64,000 nt of DNA from Escherichia phage EAWsc9, in sequence record PQ341120.1, one strand, 5' to 3'. Within the stretch, counting starts at the first letter, position 1, and every line of letters starts with the position of its first letter. Under the pieces are notes generated by a model, which had not been told where the DNA came from, made no database searches, and saw only the letters and a program-made list of their open reading frames with translations. Positions 1 through 11,646 of this stretch are shown piece by piece. The translations under genes and the position numbers were made by a program.

Positions 1-1836
<1,836 letters not shown>

Positions 1837-1865
1837 AAGTAAAGCAAACTATTAGAGGACTCAAA

Positions 1866-3845
1866 ATGGCTTTATTATCCCCGGGCATTGAGCTCAAAGA
1901 AACAACGGTACAAAGCACTGTTGTTCGTAACGCGACGGGTCGTGCGGCGCTGGTTGGTAAATTCCAGTGGGGCCCAGCTTTCCAGGTAACTCAAATTACA
2001 AACGAAGTTGAACTTGTTGATTTGTTTGGTGGTCCGAATAATGAAACAGCAGATTACTTTATGAGTGGGATGAACTTCCTGCAATATGGTAACGACCTCC
2101 GTACTGTACGTGTTGTTAACCGTGACGAAGCTAAAAACGCATCCCCTATTGCTGGCAATATTGAAACTACCATCGTAACTGCTGGTACAAACTATGCTGT
2201 CGGTGATGTTATTCAGGTTAAACACAACCAGACTGTTGTTGAACCGGCTGGCCGCGTGACCAAGGTCGATGTTGATGGTAAAATTCAGGCAATCTTTATT
2301 CCTACCGATAAGATTATTGCATTTGCCAAAACTATTAACCAGTATCCTAATTTAGGTAGTGCATGGACTGCAGAAGTTACGACCACTTCTTCCGGTGTAT
2401 CTGGTACCATCACTGTTGGGAAAATTGTTACCGATTCTGGCATTCTGTTGACTGAAGCAGAAAATAGTGAAGAAGCAATTACTTCTCTGGAATTCCAGGC
2501 ATCATTAGCAAAATATGCAATGCCAGGTGTTGTTGCTCTTTATCCAGGCGAAATCGGTTCGACTCTGGAAGTTGAAATCGTATCTAAAGCTGAATTTGAA
2601 AAAGGCGCAGCTGCAAATCTGAATATTTTCCCGGGCGGCGGAACGCGTGCTTCTGTGGCTCGTGCCGTGTTTAACTATGGCCCTCAGTCTGAAAACCAAT
2701 ATGCAATTATCGTTCGCCGCGATGGTGCAATCGTCGAAAACGTTGTTTTGTCTACCAAGCAGGGCGAAAAAGATGTTTACGGTAATAACATTTATCTGGA
2801 TGACTACTTTGCAAAAGGTACTTCCAACTACATCTATGCAACATCTCGCAACTGGCCTGCAGGCTTCAGTGGTATCATCAATCTGTCTGGTGGTATTTCT
2901 GCAAACGATAAGATTACCGCTGGTGATTTGATGCAAGGTTGGGACCTGTTCGCTGACCGTGAAGCACTGCATATTAACCTGCTTATCGCTGGTGCAGTAG
3001 CTGGTGAAGGTGATGCGACTGCTTCCACTGTTCAGAAACACGTGGTTTCTATTGCTGACGAACGTCAGGATTGTCTGGCATTTATTTCCCCGCCGAAAGG
3101 TCTGTTGGTTAACGTTCCTCTGACCCGTGCAGTGGATAACCTGATTGACTGGCGTACAGGTGCTGGCGCATTTGATACTGATAACATGAATATCAGCACG
3201 ACTTATGCAGCGATTGATGGCAACTATAAATATCAGTATGATAAATATAATGACGTTAACCGTTGGGTTCCTCTGGCAGCTGATATGGCTGGTCTGTGTG
3301 CTCGTACTGATGATGTTTCTCAGCCTTGGATGTCTCCGGCTGGTTATAACCGCGGTCAGATTCTGAACGTTCTGAAATTGGCTGTTGAACCACGTCAGAC
3401 CCAACGTGACCGCATGTATCAAGAAGCTATCAACCCGGTTGTTGGTTTCGCAGGTGGTGATGGTTTTGTTCTGTATGGTGATAAGACTGCAACTAAAGTT
3501 CCATCTCCGATGGACCATATTAACGTTCGTCGTCTTACGAATATGTTGAAGAAAAATATCGGTGATGCATCCAAATATAAACTGTTTGAGCTTAACGATA
3601 ACTTCACTCGAGCATCATTCCGTATGGAAACTTCTCAATACTTGGATGGTATTCGTGCACTTGGTGGCATTTATGAAGGTCGTGTAGTTTGTGATACTAC
3701 TAACAACACCCCGTCGGTCATAGACCGAAATGAGTTTGTTGCTAGCATTTATTTTAAACCTGCGCGCAGCATCAACTACATCACTCTTAATTTCGTAGCC
3801 ACTAGCACTGGTGCTGATTTTGATGAGCTGATTGGGCCACAATAA
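1866..3845 (+). CDS. 18: Contractile tail sheath protein, 659 aa
   Basis: Length and sequence match T4 gp18; follows gene 17 with a TATAAATA late promoter overlapping the gp17 stop. Confidence 0.97.
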   Translation: MALLSPGIELKETTVQSTVVRNATGRAALVGKFQWGPAFQVTQITNEVELVDLFGGPNNETADYFMSGMNFLQYGNDLRTVRVVNRDEAKNASPIAGNIETTIVTAGTNYAVGDVIQVKHNQTVVEPAGRVTKVDVDGKIQAIFIPTDKIIAFAKTINQYPNLGSAWTAEVTTTSSGVSGTITVGKIVTDSGILLTEAENSEEAITSLEFQASLAKYAMPGVVALYPGEIGSTLEVEIVSKAEFEKGAAANLNIFPGGGTRASVARAVFNYGPQSENQYAIIVRRDGAIVENVVLSTKQGEKDVYGNNIYLDDYFAKGTSNYIYATSRNWPAGFSGIINLSGGISANDKITAGDLMQGWDLFADREALHINLLIAGAVAGEGDATASTVQKHVVSIADERQDCLAFISPPKGLLVNVPLTRAVDNLIDWRTGAGAFDTDNMNISTTYAAIDGNYKYQYDKYNDVNRWVPLAADMAGLCARTDDVSQPWMSPAGYNRGQILNVLKLAVEPRQTQRDRMYQEAINPVVGFAGGDGFVLYGDKTATKVPSPMDHINVRRLTNMLKKNIGDASKYKLFELNDNFTRASFRMETSQYLDGIRALGGIYEGRVVCDTTNNTPSVIDRNEFVASIYFKPARSINYITLNFVATSTGADFDELIGPQ

Positions 3846-3880
3846 TTATCATCGCTTAGAATGAATTAATCAGTTAGAAA

Positions 3881-3931
3881 CCGTAGAACCATTATACAGT
3901 GTTATAAATAAAAGCATAATCGGTTCTACGG
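3881..3931 (+). terminator. Stem-loop (10-bp inverted repeat CCGTAGAACC / GGTTCTACGG) after gene 18
   Basis: Perfect 10-bp inverted repeat with a 31-nt loop containing TATAAATA; no T-run, so possibly an attenuator or processing site. Confidence 0.4.
3903..3910 (+). promoter_or_regulatory. Late promoter motif TATAAATA between genes 18 and 19
   Basis: Exact motif inside the loop of a 10-bp inverted repeat. Confidence 0.45.
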
Positions 3932-3989
3932 GCTCCTGTGGTTGATTCTGGGAAGCCGTTATCTTGAGATGATGAATCATATTACCTAG

Positions 3990-3997
3990 TATAAATA
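3990..3997 (+). promoter_or_regulatory. Late promoter TATAAATA proximal to gene 19
   Basis: Exact motif about 50 nt upstream of the gene 19 ATG. Confidence 0.55.
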
Positions 3998-4049
3998 CAT
4001 GCATCAGGGACGCGTTCGCGCGACCTGTGTCTATAAAGAGGATTCCTTA

Positions 4050-4541
4050 ATGGAGTTGACCGATATCACACGCGCTTTCGAATCCGGTGACTTTGCTCGC
4101 CCTAACCTGTTCGAAGTCGAAATCCCATTCCTGGGTAAAAACTTTGCTTTCCATTGTAAAGCAGCCCCGATGCCAGCAGGCATTGTAGAAAAAGTTCCTG
4201 TCGGTTACATGAACCGTAAAATCAACGTTGCGGGCGACCGTACATTTGATGACTGGACTATTACGATTTATAACGACGATGCTCATAAAGTTCGTCAAGC
4301 AATTGTTGATTGGCAAAACCTGTGTCACGGTATGACTAACGAAATCACCGGTGCAGCTCCTGCTGATTATAAGAAAACCGCTACTGTCCGCCAGTTCCAT
4401 CGTGATGGCAAGACCGTTACGAAAGAAGTTGTTATTACCGGCATGTGGCCAACCAACGTTGGGGAAGTCCAGATGGATTGGGATTCGAACAACGAAATTG
4501 AAACGTTCGAAGCAACGTTCGCAATTGACTGGTGGGAATAA
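4050..4541 (+). CDS. 19: Tail tube protein, 163 aa
   Basis: Internal ATG of track ORF 3999..4541 preceded by AAAGAGGA; product MELTDITRAFESGDFARPNLF... matches T4 gp19 (163 aa). Confidence 0.93.
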   Translation: MELTDITRAFESGDFARPNLFEVEIPFLGKNFAFHCKAAPMPAGIVEKVPVGYMNRKINVAGDRTFDDWTITIYNDDAHKVRQAIVDWQNLCHGMTNEITGAAPADYKKTATVRQFHRDGKTVTKEVVITGMWPTNVGEVQMDWDSNNEIETFEATFAIDWWE

Positions 4542-4542
4542 G

Positions 4543-4550
4543 TATAAATA
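4543..4550 (+). promoter_or_regulatory. Late promoter TATAAATA for gene 20
   Basis: Exact motif directly after the gene 19 stop. Confidence 0.6.
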
Positions 4551-4560
4551 AAGTTATTAT

Positions 4561-4580
4561 GAGGCTTCGGCCTCATTTCC
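4561..4580 (+). terminator. GC hairpin with UUCG tetraloop after gene 19
   Basis: GAGGC-TTCG-GCCTC followed by ATTTCCC. Confidence 0.4.
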
Positions 4581-4598
4581 CAAACTTCGGAGACTCTA

Positions 4599-6173
4599 AT
4601 GGCAGGTTTTAACACAATACTAAATTTTCTTAAGCCTTGGGCTAAAGAAGATGAACAAGAATATAAGCAACAAGAAAAAAATAATTTAGAGTCAATGACC
4701 GGGCCGAAGTTTGACGATGGGGCTCGCGAAATTGAGTCACAAGAACAAAACGTCCCGTATAATGCATTGATGCAACAGATGTTCGGGAGTAATGAACCTG
4801 AAGTAAAAAATACCAGGGAATTAATTGACACATACCGCAACTTACTAAATAATTATGAAGTTGATAACGCGGTGCAAGAAATTGTGTCTGATGCTATCGT
4901 TTTTGAAGACGGTAAAGATGTTGTAGCTCTTAACCTTGATGCTACCGAATTTAGTCAGAAAATTAAAGACCGAATCCTCGAAGAATTCACGGAAGTTAAT
5001 AACCTCCTTAATTTCGAGCGTAAAGGTTCTGACCACTTTAAACGTTGGTATGTGGATTCTCGAATTTTCTTCCACAAAATTATCAACCCAGCAAAACTTA
5101 AAGATGGAGTTCAAGAACTTCGTCGCCTTGACCCAAGACAAATCCAGTTCATCCGTGAAATCGTTACACGCATGGAAAATGGCACAAAAATTGTCGACGG
5201 TTACAGAGAATATTTTGTATACGATACTGGCCATGAAAGTTATTGTGCCGATGGTCGTATATATGAAGCGGGTACTAAAATAAAAATTCCTCGTGCGGCG
5301 ATTGTATATGCGCATTCTGGATTACTCGATTGCTGTGGTAAGAATATCATCGGATACTTACAACGAGCAATTAAACCTGCAAACCAATTAAAACTATTAG
5401 AAGATGCTTTAGTCATTTATCGTATAACTCGTGCACCAGACCGCCGAGTCTTTTATATCGATACCGGGAATATGCCGTCTCGTAAAGCAGCAGCACACAT
5501 GCAACATATTATGAATACGATGAAAAACCGTGTCGTATATGATGCAACCACGGGTAAAATCAAAAACCAACAGCACAACATGTCTATGACAGAAGACTAT
5601 TGGTTGCAACGTCGTGATGGTAAAGCAGTCACCGAAGTTGATACTCTCCCGGGTGCGCAAGGCATGTCGGATATGGACGATGTTCGCTGGTTTAAGAACA
5701 ACCTATATCAGGCTCTCCGAATTCCATTATCTCGTATCCCTAATGACCAAAACAGCGGCGTTATGTTTGATGCGGGCGCGACAATTACTCGCGATGAATT
5801 GAATTTCTCTAAATGGATTAGGCAGCTACAGAATAAATTTGAAGAAGTTTTCCTCGACCCACTTAAAACCAACCTTATCCTGAAAAAAATTATTTCAGAA
5901 GAGGAATGGGAAAAGGAACTAAATAATATTAAAGTTACGTTCAACCGTGATAGCTATTTCACCGAAATGAAAGACGCAGAAATCATGGAACGCAGAATCA
6001 ATATGCTAACGATGGCTGAACCGTTTATCGGTAAATATATTTCGCATCAAACGGCTATGAAGGACTTCCTCCAGATGTCTGATGAAGAAATTAATCAAGA
6101 AGCTAAGCAAATTGAATTGGAGTCCAAAGAGGCTCGTTTCCAAAACCCTGAAGAAGAAGAAGAGGATTTCTAA
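4599..6173 (+). CDS. 20: Portal vertex protein, 524 aa
   Basis: Same length as T4 gp20 and high similarity (e.g. [19 protein letters not shown]); acidic C-terminus EEEEEDF. Confidence 0.97.
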   Translation: MAGFNTILNFLKPWAKEDEQEYKQQEKNNLESMTGPKFDDGAREIESQEQNVPYNALMQQMFGSNEPEVKNTRELIDTYRNLLNNYEVDNAVQEIVSDAIVFEDGKDVVALNLDATEFSQKIKDRILEEFTEVNNLLNFERKGSDHFKRWYVDSRIFFHKIINPAKLKDGVQELRRLDPRQIQFIREIVTRMENGTKIVDGYREYFVYDTGHESYCADGRIYEAGTKIKIPRAAIVYAHSGLLDCCGKNIIGYLQRAIKPANQLKLLEDALVIYRITRAPDRRVFYIDTGNMPSRKAAAHMQHIMNTMKNRVVYDATTGKIKNQQHNMSMTEDYWLQRRDGKAVTEVDTLPGAQGMSDMDDVRWFKNNLYQALRIPLSRIPNDQNSGVMFDAGATITRDELNFSKWIRQLQNKFEEVFLDPLKTNLILKKIISEEEWEKELNNIKVTFNRDSYFTEMKDAEIMERRINMLTMAEPFIGKYISHQTAMKDFLQMSDEEINQEAKQIELESKEARFQNPEEEEEDF

Positions 6174-6424
6174 TGGATGATTTATTTGAAGCCATTAAAT
6201 CAAACGACCTCGTAGCCGTTCGCAAATATTTTGCTGAAAACATTGGCCCAGTATGCGGTAGTTTGATTGAAGAACGTAAGATTGAAATTGCACGTTCCAT
6301 CATGATTGAAGGCGAAGAGCCTAAAGAAGATGATGAAGACGGTAAAGCAGAAAAGAAAGACAAAAAAGAATCTGATGACGCTGACGAAGGCGACGATGAT
6401 GAAGATGATGAGGACGATGAATAA
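6173..6424 (+). CDS. 67: Prohead core protein, 83 aa, with polyacidic C-terminal tail
   Basis: Position between 20 and 68; TAATG overlap with gene 20 stop; tail [16 protein letters not shown]. Confidence 0.8.
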   Translation: MDDLFEAIKSNDLVAVRKYFAENIGPVCGSLIEERKIEIARSIMIEGEEPKEDDEDGKAEKKDKKESDDADEGDDDEDDEDDE

Positions 6425-6852
6425 TGTTTATTATCCCTGATGATTACGAATTAACTCTTGAAAACATTGAAAGTGTTTCCGAAGAAGCTCAGGGACAATT
6501 TGATTCATTATCTGAAGCCTTAGAAAAAGACGATATAAATATTATTGTAGAAAACATGTTTGCAGCCGGTGAATATGAAAAAGCAACGGTTATCGGCGCG
6601 CTGAATGAAGGTGTTCAGCTTAACGAATTTATCGTTAAACATGTATCGTCTCGCGGCGAGTTAACCCGCACAAAAGACCTAGCTACTCGTAAGCGTAATG
6701 CTTTCCAAACAACTGGTCTTTCTAAAGCTAAACGTCGTCAAATTGCCCGTCTGGCTACTAAAACAAAAAGAGCAAACCCATCTACGCAAATCAGAGCAGA
6801 GCGCAAGCGCAAAAAAGCTCGAGCTAAGCGTAAAGCATTCGGACTTGATTAA
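6424..6852 (+). CDS. 68: Prohead core protein, 142 aa
   Basis: Synteny and size (T4 gp68 about 141 aa); basic C-terminal region; stop/start overlap with neighbours. Confidence 0.8.
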   Translation: MFIIPDDYELTLENIESVSEEAQGQFDSLSEALEKDDINIIVENMFAAGEYEKATVIGALNEGVQLNEFIVKHVSSRGELTRTKDLATRKRNAFQTTGLSKAKRRQIARLATKTKRANPSTQIRAERKRKKARAKRKAFGLD

Positions 6853-7490
6853 TGGAACAGAAACCAGAGTTACTAATTGAACACTGGGGTCAACCGGGCG
6901 AAATTAAAGATGGTGTACCGATGTTGGAATCTCATGACGGTTCCAGCAGCGGTTTAAAGCCAGGACTTTATATTGAAGGTATTTTCCTACAAGCTGAAGT
7001 TGTTAACCGTAATAAACGACTTTATCCTAAACATATTTTGGAAAAAGCCGTTGCTGATTATATGGCAGAACAGGTTGCTACTAAACAAGCTTTAGGAGAA
7101 TTAAATCATCCGCCCCGTGCTAACGTCGACCCTATGCAAGCCGCTATTATTATTGAAGATATGTGGTGGAAAGGTAATGATGTATATGGCCGAGCGCGTA
7201 TTATCGAAGGCGACCATGGCCCAGGTGATAAACTTGCTGCAAATATAAGAGCAGGTTGGATTCCAGGTGTATCTAGTCGTGGACTTGGTTCCTTGACTAA
7301 ATCAGCAAAAGGTTATAGCATCGTTAATGAAGGTTTTAAATTGACGGTTGGAGTAGATGCAGTATGGGGGCCAAGTGCTCCGGACGCTTGGGTCAAACCA
7401 AAGCAGATTACAGAATCACAAACGGCAGTTGCCGATACCAGTGCCGATGACGCCTTTATGGCTCTCGCAGAGGCTTTAAAGACGTTATAA
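6852..7490 (+). CDS. 21: Prohead core protease, 212 aa
   Basis: Size and position match T4 gp21 (212 aa); coupled to gene 68 stop. Confidence 0.93.
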   Translation: MEQKPELLIEHWGQPGEIKDGVPMLESHDGSSSGLKPGLYIEGIFLQAEVVNRNKRLYPKHILEKAVADYMAEQVATKQALGELNHPPRANVDPMQAAIIIEDMWWKGNDVYGRARIIEGDHGPGDKLAANIRAGWIPGVSSRGLGSLTKSAKGYSIVNEGFKLTVGVDAVWGPSAPDAWVKPKQITESQTAVADTSADDAFMALAEALKTL

Positions 7491-7493
7491 ATA
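7486..7493 (+). promoter_or_regulatory. Late promoter TATAAATA for gene 22
   Basis: Exact motif about 30 nt upstream of the ATG. Confidence 0.6.
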
Positions 7494-7522
7494 AATGTAT
7501 ATCTTAACAACAGGACTACAAA

Positions 7523-8341
7523 ATGCTTAAAGAACAACTCATTTCTGAAGCTCAGAATATCGATGCTTCCGTTGCTCTCGATAGTATTTTCGAATCAGTT
7601 AATTTGTCCCCGGAAGCGAAAGCTACCTTCGGCACTGTATTCGAAGCTACCGTCAAGCAACACGCCATCAAACTGGCAGAATCTCACATTCACGCCATCG
7701 CTGAAAAAGCTGAAGAAGAAGTCGAAAAGAATAAAGAAGAAGCCGACGAAAAAGCAGAGAAAAAACTGAAAGAATCTGCAGCTAAATTCCTGGACCACGT
7801 TGCTAAAGAATGGCTCGCTGAAAATAAACTGGCTGTCGACCGTGGCATTAAAGCTGACCTGTTCGAATCCATGTTCACCGGCATGAAAGAACTGTTCGTT
7901 GAGCACAACGTTGTTGTTCCAGAAGAATCTGTCGATGTTGTTGCAGAAATGCAGGAAGAACTGGCTGAACAGAAAGAAGAAACCGCTAATCTGTTCGAAG
8001 AAGTTGCTAAGCGTGATGCTTATATCAATTATGTCCAACGTGAAGTTGCGTTGACTGAAGCGACTAAAGACCTGACTGAATCTCAAAAAGAAAAAGTTGG
8101 TTCTCTGGTAGAAGGCATGGAATACTCTGATGCATTCGGTACCAAAATTGGCGCTATCGTTGAAATGGTTAAAGGTCAGGTAGAAGCCACCAACAAACCA
8201 ATCACCGAAGCCGCTATAAATAAAAATGTAGACGATGCTGCGGCACTGAATTACATTTCAGAAGCAGTTGAAGAAAAAGGCGCCAAGCCTACCCTGTCCT
8301 TCGCGGACTTGTCTGCTCTCGCAGCATCACGAATTTCTTAA
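7523..8341 (+). CDS. 22: Prohead core scaffold protein, 272 aa
   Basis: Acidic coiled-coil-like composition typical of gp22; synteny; TATAAATA about 30 nt upstream. Confidence 0.9.
   Translation: MLKEQLISEAQNIDASVALDSIFESVNLSPEAKATFGTVFEATVKQHAIKLAESHIHAIAEKAEEEVEKNKEEADEKAEKKLKESAAKFLDHVAKEWLAENKLAVDRGIKADLFESMFTGMKELFVEHNVVVPEESVDVVAEMQEELAEQKEETANLFEEVAKRDAYINYVQREVALTEATKDLTESQKEKVGSLVEGMEYSDAFGTKIGAIVEMVKGQVEATNKPITEAAINKNVDDAAALNYISEAVEEKGAKPTLSFADLSALAASRIS
8215..8222 (+). promoter_or_regulatory. Late promoter motif TATAAATA for gene 23 (inside 3' end of gene 22)
   Basis: Exact motif about 140 nt upstream of the gene 23 ATG. Confidence 0.45.
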
Positions 8342-8362
8342 TTTAATAAGGTTATACAACAC

Positions 8363-9922
8363 ATGAAAAAGAATGCATTAGTTCAAAAATGGTCCGCTCT
8401 GCTGGAAAACGAAGCTCTTCCGGAAATCGTTGGTGCTTCTAAACAAGCTATCATCGCTAAAATCTTTGAAAACCAGGAACAAGATATTCTGACCGCTCCT
8501 GAATACCGTGACGAAAAAATCTCCGAAGCATTTGGTTCTTTCCTGACCGAAGCTGAAATCGGTGGTGACCATGGTTATGATGCTACCAATATCGCTGCTG
8601 GCCAGACCTCTGGTGCAGTAACTCAGATTGGGCCGGCAGTTATGGGTATGGTTCGTCGTGCTATCCCGCATCTGATTGCGTTTGATATTTGTGGCGTACA
8701 GCCTCTGAACAACCCGACTGGCCAGGTATTTGCCCTGCGTGCAGTTTACGGTAAAGACCCTGTAGCTGCTGGTGCTAAAGAAGCTTTCCACCCGATGTAT
8801 GCTCCAAATGCTATGTTCTCTGGTCAGGGCGCTGCTGAAGCTTTCGAAGCTCTGGCTGCAAGCAAAGTTCTTACCGTTGGTAAAATTTATTCTCACTTCT
8901 TCGAAGCAACCGGTGCCGCGCACTTCCAGGCTGTTGAAGCTGTAACCGTTGATGCTGCTGCTACTGATGCCGCTAAACTTGACGCCGAAGTTACCAAACT
9001 GCTCGAAGCTGGTAAGCTGGCCGAAATCGCTGAAGGTATGGCTACCTCTATCGCCGAATTGCAGGAAGGCTTCAACGGTTCTACTGATAACCCGTGGAAC
9101 GAAATGGGCTTCCGTATCGATAAACAAGTTATCGAAGCTAAATCCCGTCAGCTGAAAGCAAGTTACTCCATCGAACTGGCACAGGACCTGCGCGCTGTTC
9201 ATGGTATGGATGCTGATGCCGAATTGAGTGGTATTCTGGCTACCGAAATTATGCTGGAAATCAACCGCGAAGTTATCGATTGGATTAACTACTCCGCACA
9301 GGTTGGTAAATCTGGTATGACCAACACCGTTGGCGCTAAAGCTGGTGTGTTTGACTTCCAGGACCCGATTGATATCCGTGGCGCTCGTTGGGCTGGTGAA
9401 AGCTTCAAAGCTTTACTGTTCCAGATTGATAAAGAAGCCGCTGAAATCGCTCGTCAGACTGGCCGTGGTGCAGGTAACTTCATCATCGCTTCCCGTAACG
9501 TAGTTAACGTACTGGCTGCAGTTGATACCTCCGTATCTTATGCTGCTCAGGGTCTGGGTAAAGGTTTCAACGTTGACACCACTAAAGCTGTGTTCGCTGG
9601 TGTTCTGGGTGGCAAATACCGTGTATACATCGACCAGTATGCTCGTGCAGACTATTTCACCATCGGTTACAAAGGCGCTAACGAAATGGATGCTGGTATC
9701 TACTACGCACCATATGTTGCACTGACCCCGCTGCGTGGCTCTGACCCGAAAAACTTCCAGCCGGTTATGGGCTTCAAAACCCGTTACGGTATCGGTATTA
9801 ACCCGTTCGCTGACCCGGTAGCTCAGGCTCCGACTAAGCGCATTCAGAACGGCATGCCGGACATCGTTAACAGCCTCGGCTTGAACGGTTACTTCCGCCG
9901 CGTATATGTTAAAGGAATTTAA
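8363..9922 (+). CDS. 23: Major capsid protein, 519 aa
   Basis: Very high similarity to T4 gp23 (e.g. AIIAKIFENQE, GGDHGY.ATNIAAGQTSGAVTQIGPAVMGMVRRAIP); followed by a strong hairpin terminator. Confidence 0.98.
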   Translation: MKKNALVQKWSALLENEALPEIVGASKQAIIAKIFENQEQDILTAPEYRDEKISEAFGSFLTEAEIGGDHGYDATNIAAGQTSGAVTQIGPAVMGMVRRAIPHLIAFDICGVQPLNNPTGQVFALRAVYGKDPVAAGAKEAFHPMYAPNAMFSGQGAAEAFEALAASKVLTVGKIYSHFFEATGAAHFQAVEAVTVDAAATDAAKLDAEVTKLLEAGKLAEIAEGMATSIAELQEGFNGSTDNPWNEMGFRIDKQVIEAKSRQLKASYSIELAQDLRAVHGMDADAELSGILATEIMLEINREVIDWINYSAQVGKSGMTNTVGAKAGVFDFQDPIDIRGARWAGESFKALLFQIDKEAAEIARQTGRGAGNFIIASRNVVNVLAAVDTSVSYAAQGLGKGFNVDTTKAVFAGVLGGKYRVYIDQYARADYFTIGYKGANEMDAGIYYAPYVALTPLRGSDPKNFQPVMGFKTRYGIGINPFADPVAQAPTKRIQNGMPDIVNSLGLNGYFRRVYVKGI

Positions 9923-9945
9923 TCCTAGATTAAGTTAAATAAAAA

Positions 9946-9973
9946 GGGACCCTTGAGGTCCCTTTCTTGTTTT
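9946..9973. terminator. Bidirectional rho-independent terminator after gene 23
   Basis: GGGACC-CTTGA-GGTCCC followed by TTTCTTGTTTT; A/T runs on both sides. Confidence 0.75.
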
Positions 9974-10254
9974 CATACCATACCATTTAAATGAACTTCT
10001 ACCCGGCGCTTGATGAGGTCTCTGAAGTTAACATTGTTTTCTTGAAGTTTCAACCAGTTACCATTTTTATCTTTAGTGTGAGTAGAATAATTACCATTCC
10101 ACCAGAAATCAGTGTCATATGCTAAGTTTTCATATTTTTTAACTAGTTTGTTCAGAGCATTACCATTAACACCATTTGGGTATTTGTTGACCAATGCAAT
10201 AACTTCAATTTCCAATTTTTTAAAGGTGTTCAGAAGGAAAGTTGCTTTGTTCAT
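9973..10254 (-). CDS. Hypothetical protein, 93 aa, antisense-oriented between late genes 23 and 24
   Basis: Minus-strand ORF with GGAG RBS and its own early-type promoter; occupies the locus where T4 carries segD but has no GIY-YIG or HNH motif. Confidence 0.6.
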   Translation of the reverse strand: MNKATFLLNTFKKLEIEVIALVNKYPNGVNGNALNKLVKKYENLAYDTDFWWNGNYSTHTKDKNGNWLKLQENNVNFRDLIKRRVEVHLNGMV

Positions 10255-10293
10255 TTTTAAACTCCAGGTTTTGTTTGTTAACTCAGTATGAAA

Positions 10294-10324
10294 TCATTAT
10301 GTCTTATCTTAATCGGGTTGTAAA
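10294..10324 (-). promoter_or_regulatory. Early (sigma70-type) promoter for the 9973..10254 gene
   Basis: Minus strand reads GTTTACA, 17 nt, CATAAT, then GGAG RBS. Confidence 0.45.
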
Positions 10325-10331
10325 CAACTTT

Positions 10332-10339
10332 TATAAATA
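10332..10339 (+). promoter_or_regulatory. Late promoter TATAAATA for gene 24
   Basis: Exact motif about 27 nt upstream of the ATG. Confidence 0.6.
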
Positions 10340-10365
10340 AAGTATATCACAAAAGGAAAGCGCAA

Positions 10366-11646
10366 ATGGCAAAGATTAACAAATTACTGCGCGAGTCAAC
10401 TATTACTACCAGCAACTCCTTGGGCCGCCCGAATCTTGTTGCTTTGACCCGCGCTACGACTAAATTGATTTACCGCGATATCATCGCTGAACAACGTACT
10501 AACCAGCCTGTTGCTGCACTGTATGGTGTTAAATATCTTACTCCTGATAACGAATTCAGTTTCCAGACGGGCGCTACTTATGGAGGTGAAGTCGGTTCTA
10601 AAGACCGTACAACTATTCCAGAGTTAGCTACAGCCACTCAGCCTGTGGCTAAAGGCGAATATGTAAAATACCAAAATATCGTTTACAAAGCTCTGGTTGA
10701 TAATCCATTTGCATCGACCACAGAAACCGTGTTATCTGATGTTCTGCAAGAAGGTCTTATTGCATCGACTATTCGCCTTGTTCCTGATGCGGCACACACC
10801 GAGAAATTCGAAGCTGGTGATGTTGAAATTAGCAATGCTGTATTCCAGGTTAACAAATGGAATGCTCCGGTTAAAACACGTAAATTGAAAACTGCATTAA
10901 CTGTTGAACTTGCTCAGGATATGGAAGCAAATGGTTTTAACGCTCCTGCATTCTTGGAAGACCTGCTTGCCACTATTATGGCAGATGAAATTAACAAAGA
11001 TGTTCTTCAGTCTCTTATTACCGTTTCCAAGCGTTATAAAGTAACTGGCGTTTCTGACAATGGCACCATCGATTTAACATACGATGCAGCCCCAGAAGGT
11101 GCACGTAAACTGTACGAACTGGTTTGCGAAATGAACTCCGAAATTCAGAAAACTACATCTTATTCCGGTACCTTTGTTGTTGCCTCTAGCCGTGTTGCTG
11201 CTATGTTGGCCGGTTCTGGTTGGTTGAAACACAGGCCAGAAGACGAACAGTGGCTCCCCGAAACAGCGTACGGTTATTTGATTAATGGCCTCCCTGTATT
11301 CTGTGATGTTAACAGTCCATTGGATTATGTAACTGTTGGTGTTAAAGAAAATTACGGCGGAAACGAAGTCGTAGGCTCAATTTTCTATGCTCCTTATACC
11401 GAAGGCCTGGACTTGGATGATGAAGAGCACGTTGGTGCGTTTAAGGTCATTGTGGACCCAGACAGCTTGCAGCCATCTATCTCTCTGATGGTTCGTTACG
11501 CGCTTTCAGCTAACCCGTACACCGTTGCTAAAGACGATAAAGAAGCTCGTATTATCGATGCAACCAATATGGATTTAATGGCCGGTCAGAGCAATATGTC
11601 TTATCTGCTCGGTGTTAAACTTCCGCCAATCATTTATGAGGCGTAA
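10366..11646 (+). CDS. 24: Capsid vertex protein, 426 aa
   Basis: MAKIN.LLREST... matches the T4 gp24 N-terminus and length; TATAAATA at about 10332..10339. Confidence 0.95.
   Translation: MAKINKLLRESTITTSNSLGRPNLVALTRATTKLIYRDIIAEQRTNQPVAALYGVKYLTPDNEFSFQTGATYGGEVGSKDRTTIPELATATQPVAKGEYVKYQNIVYKALVDNPFASTTETVLSDVLQEGLIASTIRLVPDAAHTEKFEAGDVEISNAVFQVNKWNAPVKTRKLKTALTVELAQDMEANGFNAPAFLEDLLATIMADEINKDVLQSLITVSKRYKVTGVSDNGTIDLTYDAAPEGARKLYELVCEMNSEIQKTTSYSGTFVVASSRVAAMLAGSGWLKHRPEDEQWLPETAYGYLINGLPVFCDVNSPLDYVTVGVKENYGGNEVVGSIFYAPYTEGLDLDDEEHVGAFKVIVDPDSLQPSISLMVRYALSANPYTVAKDDKEARIIDATNMDLMAGQSNMSYLLGVKLPPIIYEA

Noticed and set aside
2505-3518. Long antisense ORFs inside genes 18, 22, 23, alt, rnlA, nrdB and 32 (for example 2505..3518, 8378..9202, 51084..51872)
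   Set aside because: They lie entirely within and opposite to confidently identified genes, have low-complexity composition and no RBS; typical antisense artifacts.
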